Part shown: positions 1-12,477 of the stretch, piece by piece
Layout of the letters: each line of letters opens with the position of its first letter
Position numbering within the stretch: position 1 is the stretch's first letter
Assembly: GCF_006345805.1 (NCBI RefSeq)
Contig: NC_043013.1
Location: 17,360,001-17,424,000, forward strand
Length of the DNA stretch: 64,000 nucleotides
Reading direction: 5' to 3'
From: Octopus sinensis
Taxonomy: Eukaryota
The notes under the pieces: model-generated
What the model saw: the letters and a program-made list of their open reading frames with translations, nothing else
Told to the model about the DNA's origin: nothing
Databases searched by the model: none
Made by a program: the position numbers and the translations under genes

Positions 1-185
1 ATGGTTTGACTGAGTACTGATAAACCAGACGGCTGCACCAGGCTCCAATCTGATCTGGCAATTTTTCAACAGCTGGATGCCCTTCCTAACACCACCACTC
101 CAGGTGCTTTGTATGTGCCACTGGCATGGGGAATAGTCAGGCAGCACTGGCATTGACCACACTTGAATGGTGCTTTTTAAGTGCC
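1..185 (-). mobile_element. RTE-type 3' end repeat (family A), cut by the window start
   Basis: Shares CAGCTGGATGCCCTTCCTAA...CCAACCACTCC with the other family A copies. Confidence 0.75.
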
Positions 186-595
186 ACTTTTTTCCTTTCC
201 TGAGTCTGTCCACTATTTATTAGCAGTGGATCAGCCCACTTCTCACCTTGGGGCATCCACCACAACACTTGCCCCTTTTTTCTCTTCTTTCGATACAACA
301 CTATTTTTTTTTCTTCTAACCAGAATTATTTTTCCCTTCTTATTTAGATTTTTTTTGTTCCACACAGAATTGTATTTTTAAAAAAAATGCCGCAGATAAT
401 ACCAGTCTACATTGTTTACAGGTAGCGCTATTAACATATAGCGATCTGGCTAAAATCCTTTGAACGGACTTATAATTTTTTGTTCCATAGAGAACCATAT
501 ATTTTTTTGAAAATGCTGCAGGTAGTACCAGTCTACATTGTTTACCAGTAGCGCTATTAACACATAGTAACCTGACTTAAATCCTTTGCATGGCC

Positions 596-633
<38 letters not shown>

Positions 634-1289
634 GTTTTCTCCACACAGAATTATATATATATATTTTTTTTCCCTCAAAATCTTTTTTTTTTATATATTT
701 TTCACTGTGTGAAGTTCAAATCCCACTCCAGGATTTTTAACATTTTTTTCACTGTGTGAACTACAAATCCTTGTCACCACTGATATGTCCTGCATTATGA
801 TGATGTATTTCAGTGTCTGCATATCTGACCTAAACAGCATACCTCACTGACTGACACTACTTACTGAGTTAGTCCACTATTTGTTAGTAGTAGATCAGCC
901 CACTTTTCATCTGGGGGTGTCTGCCACAACACATATAACGATGAAAAAAATATATATAATGTAAGTATGGATGGTACACAATATTGGTTTTAAATTTTGG
1001 CACAAGGATAGGAATTTTGGAGCAGAGGGTAAGTTGATTACATTGACCCCAGTGTTGAACAGGTACTGATTTTATTGACTCCAGAAAGGATGAAAGGCAA
1101 AGTCAACCTTGGCAGAATTTGAACTCAACTCAGAATGTAAAGATGGATGAAATGTCACTAAGCACTGATTATGCCAAAAACAGTGAAATAAAAGTATATA
1201 TTGTATGCAATATTGATAAAAAGAAATGAAATAATGTATAAATGGTATACAATATTAAAAAATGGATGATGATGATACAGTCCTCCTGA

Positions 1290-3800
1290 TAAAGGAGAAT
1301 TTCTAAGGCCAATCAAGAAACTCCATCATCCAAGATCTTGAGCACCAAAGGCAAGTACCCCTCTCCAACTTACAGGTCTATATTTAGAATGGTGTCATTC
1401 ATTCTTGCCAGTTTTTACTACTTTCACCCACCTTTCAATAATTCAATGAGGGCTGTACCAAACAGAACTGTCTCTGTCCTTGCATTTTCCACTGTCTTCC
1501 ACCACACAACGTCTCTCACTATAGCCACCAGGCAGAAGAAAACTACTTTCTGTACCCAGTTAAAGGAGGGTGGTAGAGCAATCATCACTATAGACTTGAC
1601 TACTGCTAGATCTGTCCCTCATGTGACAGCAGTTGGTCAATATAACTCCATGAATCAGAAATGCCTAAAACTAAAGTGTCTGCAGAATGGTTTCATTGCT
1701 CTGTGTGCATCTCAGACAAACCTTTCTGATGGCACTTCTATGTCTAGAGTTTGTATCAAACCAACTGCACCCCTTGGTACCATTTCCAAACCAAAGATGT
1801 CTGGAAATTATCCATGGTAGTCCCCAATCCAAAATATCCTTCAGAACAGACGAGCCAGTTTGTTTATATTAATGTCCAGAGTCTCCCTGTGCAACCACTC
1901 ATTGCTTCCCATATTTCAATAGTCTTGATCAGCTTTTTGCAGAACCTCTAATCTTGTCAAGAACCACAGCAGGTTGTTGAGGTAGGAATTAAAGTCTGCT
2001 ACTGTTGCTATCCCATCACCTGCCCCAAACAGTTGTACTCGGTAAAGCCGCATACATTTGCTTGTAACTGGGTAGTTCATACCTATCCCAATCCATCATA
2101 GACTGGATTGTGGTTTTGTTGCCATGTCACACCTCAACCATTCAAGTCCATTGGATTGCTAATGTTCCTTCATGTTTGGGCACACAGGCCTTAGCTTTAA
2201 CATAGCAGCCTTCATGTTTTACTTTGAAGAAATTGGTCAAGGACCATTCTCACTGCTAGCACATTGGTCATTATGCCTTTACATAATTGCCTCATCTAGA
2301 TTGCTAACTAATTTTCCCTCTAATCTACTTCTCTCTATTACTAGCTCTTTGGAAAATGCTATTGATTCTGTTCTAATTGCCCTCTTTAGGACAACTCATT
2401 CCAGTTGCTGATGATTGCTTCTATGAACTACTGCTTAGCTAATTTGATCCATGTGGTCTTTGCATGCCAGTAAGGGTGTATACAACTGCCAGTAACTAGT
2501 CTCCTGTCTATGGGTCCTATATCTATTGACTGAAAAGATAAGAAATTTGTTCTCTGTGTAGCTGACTAGCTTGAACTGTAGACATCCAATTCTATTTCTA
2601 TCCCCTGCCATAAAAAAAAAATACTCTATCTAGACAATTTAGTTGACATCTACTGTTGCTTCATGTCCAAACTGACATATCAAGAAAATTCAGTCAGTAC
2701 CTGTTAAACTGTTAGTAGCTGCTGGTTTTTGAGGCTTTTGCACTCCCTTTGCTATATGCATCCAAAATACATTTCCAATCCCTAACTAGCAATAGTGATT
2801 GGGATGTTCTTAGGAATGCTTTTTTTCAGGAGGTCAAAGAAAGCTAGCCTTTTAGCTCCTGTGCGGGTATAAATGACCATTTGCCTAAATGAACCATCTT
2901 CACTGTCTCTCATGTCCAGGACAACCAAATTACCATCTAGTCCAAGAAGATTACCCACACTTTGAGATCTCAAGATTTCCAGAATAACACTGCTACCCAA
3001 CCTCCTAGCCCCCACCAAACAAGATGAAAATATTTCATAGTCATGGAAAATGGAAAGGAATGCATGTGCTACAGAGATTCTGGTCTCACTGATGGCTACA
3101 ATATTTATGTCAAGACCTGAGGCCATTGAGCACGTGGCCTCCCTTCCAAGCTGATCCCAGGTCACACACATTTTCATATCCACTGTGAGTACAGCCATGT
3201 CTGTTGGAGAAAAAAAGGGAAGAAGTCATTCACCTTGGTCTTCAAGAAGCCCAGATTTTCCAGTTCTCTCCTTGAGCAAATGTTTCTTGAAAGACCCATC
3301 TAAAACTGTTTTGGCATTATTTTCATGAAAATTCCCAAACTTGATTCGAAATTGCCAAGAAGAGTTTTGTACATCTTCACCAACAATTTGTCTTTGGAAG
3401 TTTTGAGGATAAATTCCCCAAATGTCTTCCCTTTTGTCACTATTTTATCTTTTATGTACGTTGATAAACATTCTGTAAACTCACTGTCATATAACAGGGA
3501 AGTTGATGGCATTTGTTTCTAGAAAATTTGACTCATTTAGCTGTTGCTATTGGTGTTTCAGCTGTGGTTGTTGCTGTGTTTGAGTGTTTTCCTGTTGTTG
3601 TGGGTAGTAGTGGTTGTGAGTTTGGCTGCAATTGGGTTGGTTTTTGGTTTTGTTTTTGTGGTATTTCTTACTGTTTTGATATTTGTGTTGAGAGTTTGTT
3701 GATTTGTAAGGTTTCAAATGGGATTCCTTCTGTTTCTTATTTTTTGTAACAAGGCTTTGCTCTTTTCTCTTCTTTGTCTTGCCTCTTTCGTCTTGTTCTC
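1290..3800 (-). mobile_element. Degenerate, internally deleted Tx1/L1-clade LINE (ORF1 end, AP endonuclease, post-RT region)
   Basis: Minus-strand remnants LDINIVAISETR...DGNLVVLD...GDWKCILD (AP endonuclease) and a GLG motif near 2090-2120; multiple stops and frameshifts. Confidence 0.7.
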
Positions 3801-3879
3801 TTTTATCATGTTTCAGGCCACTCTTATTTCTCTATCTCGTTGATTTTGAGGGAGATGGTGAAGTCTGGCCAAAACATGT

Positions 3880-4360
3880 GGTCATGTCGAAGTCAAAATC
3901 AAACTCGGTGACTGGCATCCGTTGCTAGTGGAGTGCTAAGAGTACCATACGAGTGAGATTGTTGCCAGAGCAACAAGCTGGCCTTCGTTCCAATGGCACA
4001 TTAAGCACACCATTCGAGTGTGATCGTCACCACGTCGTCTTACTAGCACTTGTGCTGGTGGCACATGAAACATTTGAGCGAGGTCGTCGCCAGTGCCGCT
4101 GGACTGGCTCCTGTGCAGGTGGCACATAAAAAGCACCATTTGGGCATGGCCATTGCCAGTACCACCAAACTGGCCCTCGTGCCGGTGGCACGTAAAAGCA
4201 CCCACTACACTCTCGGAGTGGTTGGCGCTAGGAAGAGCATCCAGCTGTAGAAACTCTGCCAGATCAGATTGGAGTCTGGTTCGCCAGACCTCAGTCAAAT
4301 CATCCAACCCACGCTAGCATGGAAAGCGGATGTTAAATGATGATGATGATGATGATGATG
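3880..4360 (+). mobile_element. Family A repeat with several internal ~60 bp units and a (GAT)n tail
   Basis: Repeated GGTGGCACRTAAAA units; GGAAGRGCATCCAGCTGTAGAAAC; ends ...GTTAAATGATGATG. Confidence 0.85.
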
Positions 4361-4429
4361 TCACTTAAACTGTTGTTGGTATTGGTGCTGATGTCAGTGT
4401 TGGTTTGGGGAGTAGGTCATTTGAGAGAA

Positions 4430-4880
4430 GCTTGCTCTTCTAAGAGTGTTGGTAGCAAACTCTGCTGTGCAGTCTTGGCAATGTATTAGTTTACTGTCGT
4501 TCTTGTTGCAGTAGGTGTGATGTTGGTTGGCATCAGGTGGAGAGAGGCTTTTTCATTTATATTGCCTGAAAGCAGGAAACTTGTTGATGGGTGGTGTTCC
4601 TGTCTTTTCTGCATTCTACCACCACTGTTAGGGGTTCCTCTTCTCTCTGTGTAAATGTCATGGATACTTTGGAAATTTTCTGCTCTGAACAGTATTTCCA
4701 CTGTTGATCAGTTTCTAGCTGGGAGGATCTAATGGTAAATATTTCACCATATTCACCCAATATCATGGTAAAATATTAGATGCTTAATTTGAGAAACACG
4801 TTAGAAGATGTTAGTTTATATATGTTCCCAGGTAGGTAGGTATTAATACTTTTTTGAAGAGCATGTATTTATGGCTATTT
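4430..4880 (-). mobile_element. Probable ORF1 remnant of the same LINE
   Basis: ILGEYGEI...LTVVVECRK resembles LINE ORF1 just before the zinc knuckle; same strand, upstream of the endonuclease remnant. Confidence 0.4.
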
Positions 4881-4976
4881 TCTTAAACCTCTCTTCCATA
4901 TGACTGAGCTACTCCTGTACCAAACTCTTTTCCTCTCCTCACATGCAATATTGAACCCCAAACATCTTTCAAGCAT

Positions 4977-5204
4977 GGAATCGAATTCGGAATCTTGCGG
5001 TTAGTAGCCCGTGCTCTTAACCACTACGCCATATGCCCGTAGGCATAGTGACCTGAACACTAACAATAATAATAATAATAATGAGTTCAAATTTCTTCTA
5101 CAAGGGCAGCTTGGAGGAGGGGATTAAGTTGATTACATTGGCCCCAGTGCATAACTGGTACTTATTTAATAACAATAAGAATAATAGTAACATCGAAAAA
5201 AAAA
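4977..5204. mobile_element. Short tRNA-headed SINE with an inverted 5' end and a nested family B fragment
   Basis: Minus-strand A and B boxes at 4977-5040; (AAT)n and an A-rich end on +; 13 bp direct repeat ATCTTTCAAGCAT at 4964-4976 and 5205-5217. Confidence 0.6.
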
Positions 5205-6199
5205 ATCTTTCAAGCATTTCTCAACCTATGCTGGGGTCGGATTGTTTATAATTTTTTATCTTTTTGTTGATGCATTTAAAGATTAGGTTTCTTTTGCTAA
5301 TCATTTTCTTCTTGACTGGTGGTATTGTTTAATCAGGCAGTATTTGTATTTTCCTTTTCCTGAAATTATTGTCGAGAGTAAGTTCTACTAATCGTTGCTG
5401 TAAATTTTTATCGAAAGACCTGGCATTGTTTGTGTTGCTTTTGTTGAACATTTTTGCTTTTATTTTAATATTTATCCTCGATGTTGTTTTTGATATCATT
5501 CACGTGTTTTGTCAACAGCAACGCTGCTTTGCGCTTCTATCTCACTTTCTTCATATCGTCGACGTTACTCACATCTATTCCCCCCCCCACTATTATTATT
5601 GTTTTCATTGTCGAAAGATTGACAGTAAATAAACTTACAGTACTAGAGCAACATTTATATCGAATAAGAATAACAAGTGCTTTCTACTGTAGGCAGAGGC
5701 CTGAAATGATGGAGTTAGTCGATTCCATCGACCCCAGTGCGTAACTGGTACTTATTTCATAGACCCCGAAAGGATGAAAGACAAAGTCGACCTCGGCAGA
5801 ATTTGAACTCAGAACGAATAATAATAATGGAAATACTACTGCAGAATGAGCTACTTTATTTCATAGAAATTTGCCATAGAGGCATTACAAAGAGTAGCTT
5901 GCGGCTAAATATAGACATTAATGAGGCGGATACGAGAAAAAGCAAAAAAAGTTATACAAAATACTTCAGTGAAATAAATGTTCCTTTTGTCTTTGTGTAT
6001 TGAGTATTAGGTCAAATATTCCTTTATTACGTAATTTGCTTGTATAACCAAATATAGAGCGAACATTGTTGTTACCTGTTTATTGAACAGAGAAGAAGAA
6101 AAAAAACAACTAAAAAAACTGTGACTTTTTAATAAATTCGCATTCCAAAATTCAGTTTCGTCAACTCGTTTTATTTAAAAGATGTCAATTAATGACACA

Positions 6200-6401
6200 A
6201 GGGACATCACTCTAGTAGTCTTTTTCTCTCGCCCGACACACACCGTGTTGATTGCTAAGGTGAATGTCAGTTTCACTCCGTGACCCTGGAGCTCCAAGTA
6301 CGCACATGGTCAGACGGTAAGGTTACCATGTTTCAAGGGAAATAAATAGGAAACTTATAAACGGAGTGTGACATAATAACCTTCGCTTATTTGCGGTAAG
6401 T
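6200..6401 (+). promoter_or_regulatory. Candidate promoter / non-coding first exon of SLC22
   Basis: CpG-retaining unique sequence with donors ACG|GTAAGG (6317) and GCG|GTAAGT (6396); coding exon 1 has an acceptor upstream of its ATG. Confidence 0.35.
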
Positions 6402-7624
6402 CAGTATTTTACCTGCTTCTTTCCTCGTCCGTACCAAATGTTTTCTTATCTGTCAAAAGATAAAATTGTTCCGGGAGAAAAATCTAATGAGTATTTATTA
6501 TTATTATTATTATTATCTTATATTTAGTTTAACAACCTTGTGGGGAATTTAGTTAGCAGATGATGTTTAAATTTCGGGAGATTCGTACAGAAATGAAAAA
6601 CACGTGTAGAAATGTTTTGCTTTAAAATATTATTTCACGCACTATAAAATAATTACGTCCATATATTCACTCGACGTTCTGAAAATACCTGTGTTTTAAC
6701 AAAGGTAGAAAATATATTTTGAAATAGACAAAAGTTACATTCAGATGCACTTAATCTTTTACGTAGTATATTTTTAACGTTGCTCTAGAGGAATAATTGA
6801 TCTTTTTCGGCGATAATCTTAATCTTGTATATTTTACATAAACACAGGTGTGAGGTGCTCTTGGGTATAAAGAGGGAACCACTTCTTATTAAACAAAAAA
6901 CAATATGAGTTTCTCCTTTGTTATATGAAGTCACGATTACCATTACCTTAAACAAAATTAAAACGCGAACAAATCCGACTTCGATTCTTGACCAGAACGA
7001 ATTCACTAGTTGCGAAATATACGGTTATTATTAATAATTCATCCGTTATGAATTAATGTTTACTAATCTATATTGATTTCAAGATTGACAGAAGGTCATA
7101 AATTAGTATGATATTGAAAAGGTTAATTACATTGACAATTAAGTATATTTTTTGGTATATATTTTATCAATACCCGAAAGAATGATTGGCTGAAAATACC
7201 AATTCCAGCTATATTTCAACGCCGTTTACATCAACAGCTTATTCTTTATTAAATGATATAAAGTACTCAAATAACTCCGATTTAATTGGCCAGCTTAATC
7301 AGGTTGTTTAGCAATAAGGTAAATCAGTTTGGGCATTCCTATAATAATAATAATAATATAATAATGAAATTATTGTATACAGTGCTCAGGTGCGCCACAA
7401 CTTGTCAGAACTATAATCAGAAATGATCTAGCACGTTAAAAGCCATGATTTTTCCTTTTTCTTTTCAGATTTGTAACGTTACGATGATTAAAACATACAG
7501 ATCCGAAGAAATAAAGGTTCCTGGCACACTTGATTCTAAAGATTAGTTCGAAGTGCCTATAGGTATACCGTCTGATCCAGCAAACCTAGATATAAGGTGT
7601 TGCAGCTGTCACCATTCCGTATTC

Positions 7625-7770
7625 GGCGGACTTTCGGAATAGAAGGTATTTTAATTGCGAATTACATTCTTTAGAATGTGGGATATTATAAAAGGACTAA
7701 AAATATCGCTCCCGCCTCTAAAAGAATATCCATTTTATTCGTGACAGCTATTCTGAAAGTCCGCCTCGTA
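7625..7770. mobile_element. Small mariner-like MITE remnant
   Basis: 18 bp IR GGCGGACTTTCGGAATAG / CTATTCTGAAAGTCCGCC; right end CCTCG-TA. Confidence 0.45.
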
Positions 7771-8194
7771 TTTTTATTTTAGATTTATTGCGGTAAACAG
7801 GCATGTTAACCGTATCTACTATATATGCCCCCCCTCGACTTTGTTTCCCCATAACTTTTTAAAAAAAGGTACATATTAATGAAATTTTCTACAAATATCA
7901 TTAATATGGTGTAGATTATGATTATATGGGAATTTAAGGCAGAAAAAATTGATAGGGATGCACACACATGTTGAAAGAATGAAATGAAACTTGAAATTTT
8001 GAAAAAAAAATACGTTATACGTGCCGGTCTATATATGCGCATCTACCAGTTTAAAAAAAGTATCTTTTTACATTAAATTCTTATATAATCATAATCAACA
8101 CCATCCAACATTAAAAAGTATCTATTTTTCTGAAAGTTATGAGGAAACAAATTCAGTGTTTATCTCATACAGAGTATGGGATAAATATACTCTT

Positions 8195-8567
8195 GGATGG
8201 AAGCACTCCGTCGGTTACGACGACGAGGGTTCCGGTTGATCCGATCAACGGAACAGCCTGGTCGTGAAATTAACGTGTAAGTGGCTGAGCACTCCACAGA
8301 CACGTGTACCCTTAACGTAGTTCTCGGGGATATTCAGCGTGACACAGAGAGTGACAAGGCCGGCCCTTTGAAATACAGGTACAACAGAAACAGGAAGTAA
8401 GAGTGAGAGAAAGTTGTGATGAAAGAGTACAGCAGGGATCACCACCATCCCCTGCCGGAGCTTCGTGGAGCTTTAGGTGTTTTCGCTCAATAAACACTCA
8501 CAACGCCCGGTCTGGGAATCGAAACCGCGAGTCCGCTGCCCTAACCACTGGGCCATTGCACCTCCAC
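8195..8567 (-). mobile_element. Full-length tRNA-derived SINE (family C); a second copy lies at ~19210-19500
   Basis: Minus-strand head TGGCCCAGTGGTTAG...GGTTTCGATTCC; 13 bp TSD TAAATATACTCTT at 8182-8194 and 8568-8580. Confidence 0.9.
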
Positions 8568-8969
8568 TAAATATACTCTTACTATCCCATACAGGGTAAT
8601 ACTCGATAACATAGTATTCAAAAACTCTGCTTTACATGCACTGCTTTACGTGTAATGATTGAAAAAAATCTTTAAAACGACACGTTGAAACGTGCCTTGA
8701 ACGGCCTTGTTACTTCACCAACCATTTCAATGGAACACTATTAGTGCAGTAGTGGGGTGTATCCGACCCCGCATATTATTTATCTTTTATGTTTTATTTG
8801 TTTCAGTCATGAGACTGTGGCCATGCTGGAGCACTCCCTTCAATAGTTTTAGTTGAACAAAACGACCCTAGTACATATTTTTTAGGCTCGTACTTATTCT
8901 GACGGTCTCTTTCGCCGAGCCTCAATGTTGCGTGGATGCAAATAAACCAACTCTAGTTGTCACATAACC

Positions 8970-9021
<52 letters not shown>

Positions 9022-9039
9022 CGGAGATGTACTTGCATA

Positions 9040-9350
9040 GCGAGTGACCTGATCTGAGATTGTGTGCTGGAACGAAAACAATTGCAGCGTGGAAGGTGTT
9101 TATAAGCCATTTAAGAAACGCACAAAAACCGTTAGATTCACTTCAACATTTAAATTTAATTTGTCAAAATATTTTCGTCGCTTTGAGACCGCGACCTGTT
9201 CACTGACAAAAAGATGCAGCACGGAGTTTTGTCAGTGAACAGGTCACGGTCTCAAAGCGACGAAACTATTTTGACAAATTAAACTTAAATGTTGAAGTGA
9301 ATCGAACGGTTTTTGTGCGTTTCTTAACTGGCTTATAAACACCTACGCTG
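9040..9350. mobile_element. Foldback (MITE-like) palindrome, copy 1
   Basis: Arms of ~115-120 bp around a 15 nt loop at 9212-9226. Confidence 0.85.
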
Positions 9351-9351
9351 T

Positions 9352-9845
9352 AGTCGGCGTGAAGTGGAGGAATTGATGTGTGGTGTGTATGTGAAGTTGT
9401 TTTATTAGTGTGTGTGAAAAGACAGAGAGAGAGATAATTGAAATTTTTTTTATTTACTTTTTTGTTATGAATGAATGTGTTATTGACAGAGAGAAAGAGT
9501 GAGAGGTTATGTATGTATGAATGGCTTCAGTGACACACACACATACGTACACCTATTGCATACGGTTTTTTGCATACTTGTGCGTGTGAGAGAAGGAGAG
9601 AGAGAGAGAAAGTATGTTATTTTGTTTTTGCTTGTTGAACATAGCAGACCGTTACATAAACATACATGCAAAAAAACATACATTTGTGTCTGTGTGTGTG
9701 TGTCACTAAAGCCATTCACACATACATACGTACATACATATATACATAACCTCTTTCTCGTTTTCTCTGTCAATCACTCACTACAAAAAGTAAATATAAA
9801 AAACTTCAGTTATTTTTCAATCACACACACACACCAGCACCATTG

Positions 9846-9878
<33 letters not shown>

Positions 9879-9963
9879 CACTCTCCAAGAGCTGAAACAA
9901 CTTCACACACACACACCACACTTTCTGTCTCAAACACATCAATTCCTCTGCTTCACGCCGACT
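9352..9963. mobile_element. Larger, microsatellite-rich degenerate foldback element
   Basis: AGTCGGCGTGAAG...GAGGAATTGATGTG at the left end versus CACATCAATTCCTC...CTTCACGCCGACT at the right; internal inverted matches around ATGGCTTCAGTGAC / GTCACTAAAGCCAT. Confidence 0.7.
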
Positions 9964-10287
9964 TCAAAAGATAGTCCCTTGTTCTAATTGCATATTCGGA
10001 ATCTCCGTCATCTAAAACATAACGGGAAAAAAATTTCCGAAAAAATTCAAAATTTTTCGGGGGGGGGGGGTTAATGCATTTTTCAAGGAGAGGTGCGAAA
10101 CTGCATCGGCCCCCTTAATTGATTAAAAATAAGTAGTTTATATAAAAATTATATTCCCAGTTAACTAAATTAACAATTCTTTTGTCACCCACATTGACAA
10201 TTCCAAAATATTTTTGAAATATGCGAAGATATTGAAATTATATACTTTCAGTGTGAGCTTGTTGCTTTTGAAAAGCTTTATAGACAA

Positions 10288-10662
10288 CTAGCAGTATCGC
10301 CCGGCGTTGCTCGGGTTTGTAAGGGAAATAACTATATAAGCATTTTTAGAGTTATAGCCAAAAAATGCATTAAAAATGGGAAAAAAATTATGGTAAATTT
10401 TTTTTTAAAACCGTTGACTCATCGTAGACATTTTTAGAGGGTTACTTCCCTTATATAATAGCGAAAAAATGCATTAAAATGGGGGAAAATGATGGTAAAT
10501 TTTTTTTTAAATCGTAGACGCGCGCTAACACTCAGAAGGGCTAGATATGAATCACGACTATAAGATACCCGGTTTTGGTTAAACTGCACCGCAAAATGTG
10601 GGAGTAGTTAGGAATCTAAATCGTAGGAGACAGACACACAACTTGACTTTTATATATAAAGA
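10288..10662 (-). mobile_element. Complete non-autonomous Helitron
   Basis: Minus strand: A|TC 5' end, subterminal hairpin CCCGAGCAACGCCGGG, 3' end CTAG|T. Confidence 0.8.
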
Positions 10663-10810
10663 TTAGAGGTGCAGACCTGGTTGTTTGGTAAGAAGCTTGC
10701 TTCCCAACCACATTGTTCCGGGTTCAGTCCCACTGTGTGGCACCTCTACCAAAGTTTCGTCTGCCAAAGTGAATTTGGTAGACGAAACTGAAAGAAGCCC
10801 ATCGTGTGTG

Positions 10811-10854
<44 letters not shown>

Positions 10855-10914
10855 TATCTTTAATGGTAATTGTTCAGTTTGGTTAGATTTTTTAAAAAAA
10901 TATTAAAGGGGAGA

Positions 10915-11135
10915 TAAGTCAACTTACTTTTTACACAACATAAACACTGACATAATATGACTTCTCTCAAAAAATGAATGGTAACGAACAGATTTGCTCC
11001 TTTTACAACGCCTGCAGTGCCATAATTTTCCATCAGTAACATCACTGAGTAGTAAGACCACATGGTGATTACAATTTTCACAGGTGTTCATATTTGAACA
11101 CCAATGAAAAATGCGGATCCATACTAACAATATTC
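10915..11135 (-). mobile_element. Merlin (IS1595/ISXO2-like) transposase N-terminal remnant
   Basis: CENC...SDVTDGKLWHCRRCKRSKSVRYHSFFERSH fits the CxxC...DGxxWxCxxC...SxRxxSFFxxSH zinc-ribbon region. Confidence 0.65.
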
Positions 11136-12309
11136 TTTAAAAATTAAACCTGGAAAAGTAATAAAAAAAAAAAAATCAAATCAAAGGAGCTGTCCGTCTC
11201 TTCTCTTCTCTATCCTCCCTCGCTCCGTGTGACTCCGGATCTCTTAGACGTTGAGAGAGAAGCACCCCCGATAATCAACTAAACTAGCCCAATGCCCCAG
11301 AATACTTGAGACTGGCCTTCACTTCTGATAACATCAGAAAGACTGGCTAAAATTTCCCAAATTTAATTTTAGATAACATCAGATTCTTTTATTTTGTTTT
11401 TGGATTTGGTTTGCAAGATTCTTTATGTGAGTCCATGTGTTGAAGCATACTCTGTTGTCTGCTTTTTTATTTTTCTAAAAAATAAAAGCAATAAGTGCAA
11501 ATTTTACTGGTGAGTGTGTTAAATTATAAGGCACTAAAAGAAAATGACTCCTCAGACATATCAGATTCTTTAATTTACACGATAATCAAAATTCACAGTT
11601 GCATTGATACACCAAAATTGAAAACCAATCTGAGCAAAATTAAAGGTGTTTCATTTTGCAAATGAAGAAGACTAGATCCGCCTTTTGTAGCTATATTAAT
11701 ATAACTGTTTTGAAATAATAGTCGTTTGATGTCTTTGCTTTTCGCATGCCTTAAACCCCACTTTGTGTTCTTATACATAAATAAAATGATTTCCATGTTC
11801 TGTTTGAATTTTCTTTTTTAAATCCAAAGGGCACACAACCTCCCAACATTTTTGTCCATTTATCAGTGTCTTTCCCTCTTCCTCTGACCATACTTTGTCT
11901 CCCCTCCCTCTTTGTCTTCCTTGTTTTCATTGTAATTTAATTTTTCTGCTTTGTTCTCCATGCTACTTACTAATTTTCCATTTCCTTCTGTCTCTCCATG
12001 CTACTTGCTCATTTTTCCACTCTCTCTATATTCCTTTCTCTCTCTCTCTCTTCTTTACCTACACTATTTCACCTCCCTCCTCTCTCTCTCTCTCCTGTCC
12101 TCTCCTGTGCTCAACACCAGTGCAGCCAATCCCAGAATTCTTACTTTCCACTTTGTTGTTTCATTTGAAAAGTTCAGTGAAGATAAGACTCCCTTCTGTT
12201 CTCCCATGCTATATTGCTTTGTGAGTATCATTTTCTCATGTTCCTAACCAAAACGTTAATGTCTCTTTATATGTTTACTTGTGTAATTGTGTATATGAGT
12301 GAATGTACA

Positions 12310-12477
12310 CTAGCACTATGACCCGGCGTTGCCAGGTCATAGTGCTAGTGCATGCATATACAGCTGCGTGCGTGCGCACATACACGCGAGTACTGTCCAA
12401 ATCTCCGACCAATCACATACAACTAGCTGGCATTCAATTGGCGTATCAAGTTTCGGGCATTTTGATTGGGTTTTAGA
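12310..12477 (-). mobile_element. Second short Helitron family; 3' end clear, 5' end tentative
   Basis: Minus strand ...GGCAACGCCGGGTCATAGTGCTAG|T. Confidence 0.55.
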
